Made by a program: the position numbers and the translations under genes. Shown here piece by piece: positions 61,000 to 64,000 of a stretch of 64,000 nucleotides of DNA. The stretch is from Polyangium spumosum. Its GTDB lineage: Bacteria > Myxococcota_A > Polyangia > Polyangiales > Polyangiaceae. The stretch lies in assembly GCF_009649845.1 (NCBI RefSeq), contig NZ_WJIE01000009.1, positions 224,685-288,684 on the forward strand. The letters are read 5' to 3'. The notes under the pieces are model-generated. The model did no database searches and had not been told where the DNA came from. It saw only the letters and a list, made by a program, of their open reading frames with translations. Numbering within the stretch: position 1 is the stretch's first letter; each line of letters begins with the position of its first letter.

Positions 61000-61572
61000 A
61001 TGAGTGCCCCTGACGAGAAGTTCATCGAGCGCGTCACGCAGTGCATCGCGCAGCCTGGGCCGAACGCCCCGCGTGGCGTGCGGCACTCGATCCTGGCGCA
61101 AGCGGCGCGCCTCGCGCAGAGCCGTCCGGTCGGGGACGAGGCCACGGCTCCTTCCGGCTTCGATCCTGCGGCGGCGGCGCTCTTCGAGGGCACGGTCGAG
61201 AGCGCGTACCTCGTGGCCACCTCCGACGGCCCGATCACCACGACCGAGGACGCCGTTTTGCGGGCCATCGTGGGCATCGGCTGCGACGGCAAGGTCTCGC
61301 CCGAGCAGGTCGAGGCCCTCTTCGGCGAGCTCGCCTCCGCGCAGAAGCGCGAGAGCGAAGACGAGCGCGTCGCGCACATCGCGCAGATGATCACGCAGCG
61401 GGATCACCAGCGTGAGGTGCTGCGGATCGCGGCGATCATGGCGCGCGCCTCCGGCGGCGTCCGGCCTGCGGAGCGCGCCTTGCTCGAGCGGCTCGCGCAG
61501 CGCTTCACGCTCGGCGAGGCGGCGGTCGACGCGGCGATCGCCGAGGCCAGCGAGGCCCTCGGCACCGTCTGA
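61000..61572 (+). CDS. TerB-like (tellurite-resistance TerB / DjlA N-terminal family) domain protein
   Basis: Two helical halves (YLVATSDGPITTTEDAVLRAIVG and VLRIAAIMARASGGVRPAERALLERLAQRF) resemble the TerB motif. ATG at 61000. The upstream part of the track ORF is Arg-rich. Confidence 0.5.
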   Translation: MSAPDEKFIERVTQCIAQPGPNAPRGVRHSILAQAARLAQSRPVGDEATAPSGFDPAAAALFEGTVESAYLVATSDGPITTTEDAVLRAIVGIGCDGKVSPEQVEALFGELASAQKRESEDERVAHIAQMITQRDHQREVLRIAAIMARASGGVRPAERALLERLAQRFTLGEAAVDAAIAEASEALGTV

Positions 61573-61777
61573 GCTTTGGCGCTCGCCCCGCCTCTTTTAT
61601 CTCGTTGCATCTCGTAGCATGCTGCAGGTGCAGCACGAATTCGCGCAATGATTGCCGGCGTGTTCTGTGGGCTTTTCGCAGTCGCAACAATCGCGACGCG
61701 GTGTGTTGTAAAATGCCGGGGAGCTCGCTTGTCCCCTGGCCATTCCGTCGCCCTTTGACTAGGGTCCGGGCGCCATC

Positions 61778-62971
61778 ATGAGCACCGCCACCCAACCCGC
61801 ATCGAGCCTCGCCTCCACTGCCTCGGGAGGCAGCACGGACGGCTCCGTTCACCCGGTCGCGCGGCATCCGCTCGACGCGCATGCGCCCGACGTCGTGCGT
61901 GTTCTCCGCGACGACGGCACCCTCGATCCGGCGAACGATCCTGGTCTTCGCAGCGACGAGGTGCTCACGCTCTACCGCGCCATGGTCCGCGCGCGTTTGC
62001 TCGACGAGCGCCTCGTCCTCCTGCAGCGGCAGGGGCGCATCGGCTTCCACATCGGTTGCCTCGGCGAGGAGGCCTCGATCCTCGGCAGCGCCTTCGCGAT
62101 GCGGGAGAACGACTGGATCTTCCCGTGTTACCGCGAGTTCGCCGCGGCGCTCTGGCGCGGCATGCCCCTCCAGCGGTACGTCGACAACATGTTCGGCAAC
62201 ACGAACGACCCGGTGAAGGGTCGGCAGATGCCGGACCACTACACCTGGAAGCGCGGCAAGTTCGGCTCGGTCAGCTCGCCGATCGGGACGCAGATCACGC
62301 AGGCCGTCGGGTTCGCCTGGGCCGCGAAGATCCGCAAGGAGGACCTCACGGCGCTCGTGTACTTCGGCGACGGCGCCACGAGCTCGAACGAGTTCCACAA
62401 CGGCATGAACTTCGCCGGCGTGTTCAAGACCCCGGTGGTGTTCTTCTGCCGCAACAACGGCTGGGCGATCAGCGTGCCGACCGAGCGCCAGACCGCGAGC
62501 GAGACCTTCGCGCAGAAGGGCGTCGCGTACGGCGTGCCCGGCGTGCGTTGCGACGGCAACGACCTCTTCGCGGTCATCAAGGTGACGCGTGACGCGGTCG
62601 CCCGCGCGGCGCGGGGCGAGGGCCCGACGATCATCGAGGCGCTCACCTACCGCCTCTCGGGCCACTCGACGAGCGACGATCCCAAGGCCTACCGGCCCGA
62701 GGCGGGCGTGGATCCCTGGAAGAAGCTCGATCCGATCCCGCGCCTTCGCCGCTACATCGAGCGCACGATCGGCTGGACCGACGCGCAGGACAAGGAGCTC
62801 GAGGCCGAGCTCGACGCCGAGCTCAAGGCCGCGATCGCGGTCTCCGAGAAGACGGCGCTGCCCTCGCTCGAGTCGATGTTCGAGGACGTCTTCGGCGAGC
62901 TGCCCTGGCACCTGCAAGAGCAGCGCGACGAGCTCTTGCGTGGCCCCCGCGCCAAGGGGCACGGCCACTGA
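61778..62971 (+). CDS. bkdA1: 2-oxoisovalerate (branched-chain alpha-keto acid) dehydrogenase E1 alpha subunit, TPP-dependent
   Basis: GRIGFHIGCLGEEA, the TPP-binding YFGDGATSSNEFHNGMNFAGV...PVVFFCRNNGWAIS, and YRLSGHSTSDD (phosphorylation-loop region). Confidence 0.9.
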   Translation: MSTATQPASSLASTASGGSTDGSVHPVARHPLDAHAPDVVRVLRDDGTLDPANDPGLRSDEVLTLYRAMVRARLLDERLVLLQRQGRIGFHIGCLGEEASILGSAFAMRENDWIFPCYREFAAALWRGMPLQRYVDNMFGNTNDPVKGRQMPDHYTWKRGKFGSVSSPIGTQITQAVGFAWAAKIRKEDLTALVYFGDGATSSNEFHNGMNFAGVFKTPVVFFCRNNGWAISVPTERQTASETFAQKGVAYGVPGVRCDGNDLFAVIKVTRDAVARAARGEGPTIIEALTYRLSGHSTSDDPKAYRPEAGVDPWKKLDPIPRLRRYIERTIGWTDAQDKELEAELDAELKAAIAVSEKTALPSLESMFEDVFGELPWHLQEQRDELLRGPRAKGHGH

Positions 62972-63022
62972 TCGGGGGATGCCCCCGCCCTCCTTTCGAG
63001 AAGGTCACGGAGAGATAGCACG

Positions 63023-63997
63023 ATGCCTCAGATGAACATGGTCCAGGCCATCAACGACGCCCTCCGCCACGAGATGCGGCGTGATCAGCGCGTCGTCGTC
63101 CTCGGCGAGGACGTCGGGAAGGTCGGCGGCGTCTTCCGCGTCACGCAGGGCCTCTTCGACGAGTTCGGCGACGACCGCGTGATCGACACCCCGCTTTCCG
63201 AGGGTGGCATCATCGGCACGGCGATCGGCATGGCCCTCTACGGCCTGGTCCCGGTCCCGGAGATCCAGTTCTCCGACTTCATCTTCCCCGCGTACGACCA
63301 GATCGTCTCCGAGCTCGCGAAGTATCGGTATCGCTCGGGCGGCGAGTATCCGGCGAAGCTCGTCATTCGCACGCCGACGGGCGGCGGCATCCGCGGCGGC
63401 CATTACCACTCGCAGTCCCCGGAGGCGCAGTTCATCCACGTCGCCGGCCTCAAGGTGGTTTGTCCCTCGAACCCGGCGGACGCGAAGGGCCTCCTGCTCG
63501 CCTCGATCCGCGACCCGGATCCGGTCCTCTTCTTCGAGCCGAAGCGCATCTACCGCGCGGCGAAGGGCGAGGTCCCCGAGGGTGATTTCACGGTGCCGCT
63601 CGGCAAGGCGAGCGTCGTGCGCAAGGGCCAGAACGTCACGATCGTCGTCTGGGGCGCGATGCTCTACGAGGCGCTCGAGGCGGCGAACCAGGCGGCGGCG
63701 CAGGGCATCGACTGCGAGGTCATCGACCTGCGCACGCTCTGGCCGCTCGACATCGAGACGATCATCACGTCCGTGAAGAAGACGGGCCGCGTGGTCGTGG
63801 TGCACGAGGCGCCGAAGAGCTGCGGGCTCGGCGGCGAGATCGTCGCGCTCATCAACGAGAAGGCCTTCCTCCACCTCGAGGCGCCGCCGAAGCGCGTGAC
63901 CGGCTTCGACACGCCCTTCCCGTACACGCTCGAGATGGAGTACCTGCCGCTCTCCCACCGCATCCTGCCGGCGATCATCGAGACCGCGAGGTACTGA
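63023..63997 (+). CDS. bkdA2: 2-oxoisovalerate dehydrogenase E1 beta subunit
   Basis: VVVLGEDVGKVGGVFRVTQGL, IDTPLSEGGIIGTAIGMA, the transketolase-like C-terminal domain, and TGRVVVVHEAPKSCGLGGEI. Stop TGA at 63995. Confidence 0.9.
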   Translation: MPQMNMVQAINDALRHEMRRDQRVVVLGEDVGKVGGVFRVTQGLFDEFGDDRVIDTPLSEGGIIGTAIGMALYGLVPVPEIQFSDFIFPAYDQIVSELAKYRYRSGGEYPAKLVIRTPTGGGIRGGHYHSQSPEAQFIHVAGLKVVCPSNPADAKGLLLASIRDPDPVLFFEPKRIYRAAKGEVPEGDFTVPLGKASVVRKGQNVTIVVWGAMLYEALEAANQAAAQGIDCEVIDLRTLWPLDIETIITSVKKTGRVVVVHEAPKSCGLGGEIVALINEKAFLHLEAPPKRVTGFDTPFPYTLEMEYLPLSHRILPAIIETARY

Positions 63998-64000
63998 GAT

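Noticed and set aside
1-64000. tRNA, rRNA, CRISPR arrays, integrase/phage genes, toxin-antitoxin or restriction-modification systems
   Set aside because: I looked for T-loop GGTTCGA-type motifs, regularly spaced direct repeats and recombinase motifs and found none. The only repeats are short in-frame coding repeats and the G-rich intergenic repeat. No classical defence system genes were recognised.

Overview
This is a 64 kb chromosomal segment with very high GC (about 70%), read as a myxobacterial-type (Deltaproteobacteria/Myxococcota-like) genome. The evidence for that assignment is extreme Arg/Ala/Gly codon bias, many lipoprotein genes with signal peptide and lipobox, multiple Ser/Thr kinases, and poly-Pro linkers. 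I did not detect any rRNA, tRNA or CRISPR, and there is no obvious prophage. The ORF track contains many long antisense or alternate-frame shadow ORFs, all Arg/Pro/Gly-rich, which I reject.

Gene content I can support, in order:
- 1-3.8 kb: a divergent lipoprotein and an ECF sigma-factor operon (sigma, PEGA protein, Cys-rich lipoprotein).
- 6.1-9.9 kb: a 1244-aa PknK-like STAND Ser/Thr kinase.
- 10.6-19.4 kb: a run of secreted proteins and lipoproteins. These include a striking ~25-repeat beta-solenoid-like protein, an outer-membrane-like protein, a eukaryote-type copper monooxygenase (PHM/DBH-like) lipoprotein, a dienelactone hydrolase, and a BNR-repeat protein.
- 20.2-22.3 and 30.6-32.0 kb: two PAS/GAF sensor histidine kinases.
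- 24.3-29.8 kb: an 1861-aa alpha-2-macroglobulin lipoprotein with an intact CTEQ thioester.
- 32.0-35.3 kb: a di-haem cytochrome c peroxidase and a phospholipase C/AcpA phosphoesterase.
- 35.3-37.6 kb: a LysM lytic transglycosylase.
- 37.7-46.0 kb: a complete chemosensory (Che7-like) operon, cheY-cheA-cheW-cheW-HEAT-cheR-cheB, with no MCP gene.
- 46.2-47.3 kb: a VWA lipoprotein.
- 47.4-51.0 kb: an RR / GAF-HK / HPt phosphorelay converging on a Ser/Thr-kinase-receiver fusion.
- 50.9-64.0 kb: housekeeping genes rlmN, mtnA, lipA and BCKDH E1 alpha/beta, interspersed with an orphan xisI and an Rpn-family nuclease/transposase-like gene.

The best candidates for undescribed biology are the MCP-less Che7-like HEAT-repeat module, the His-Asp to Ser/Thr-kinase relay, the repeat protein, and the bacterial PHM-like monooxygenase.
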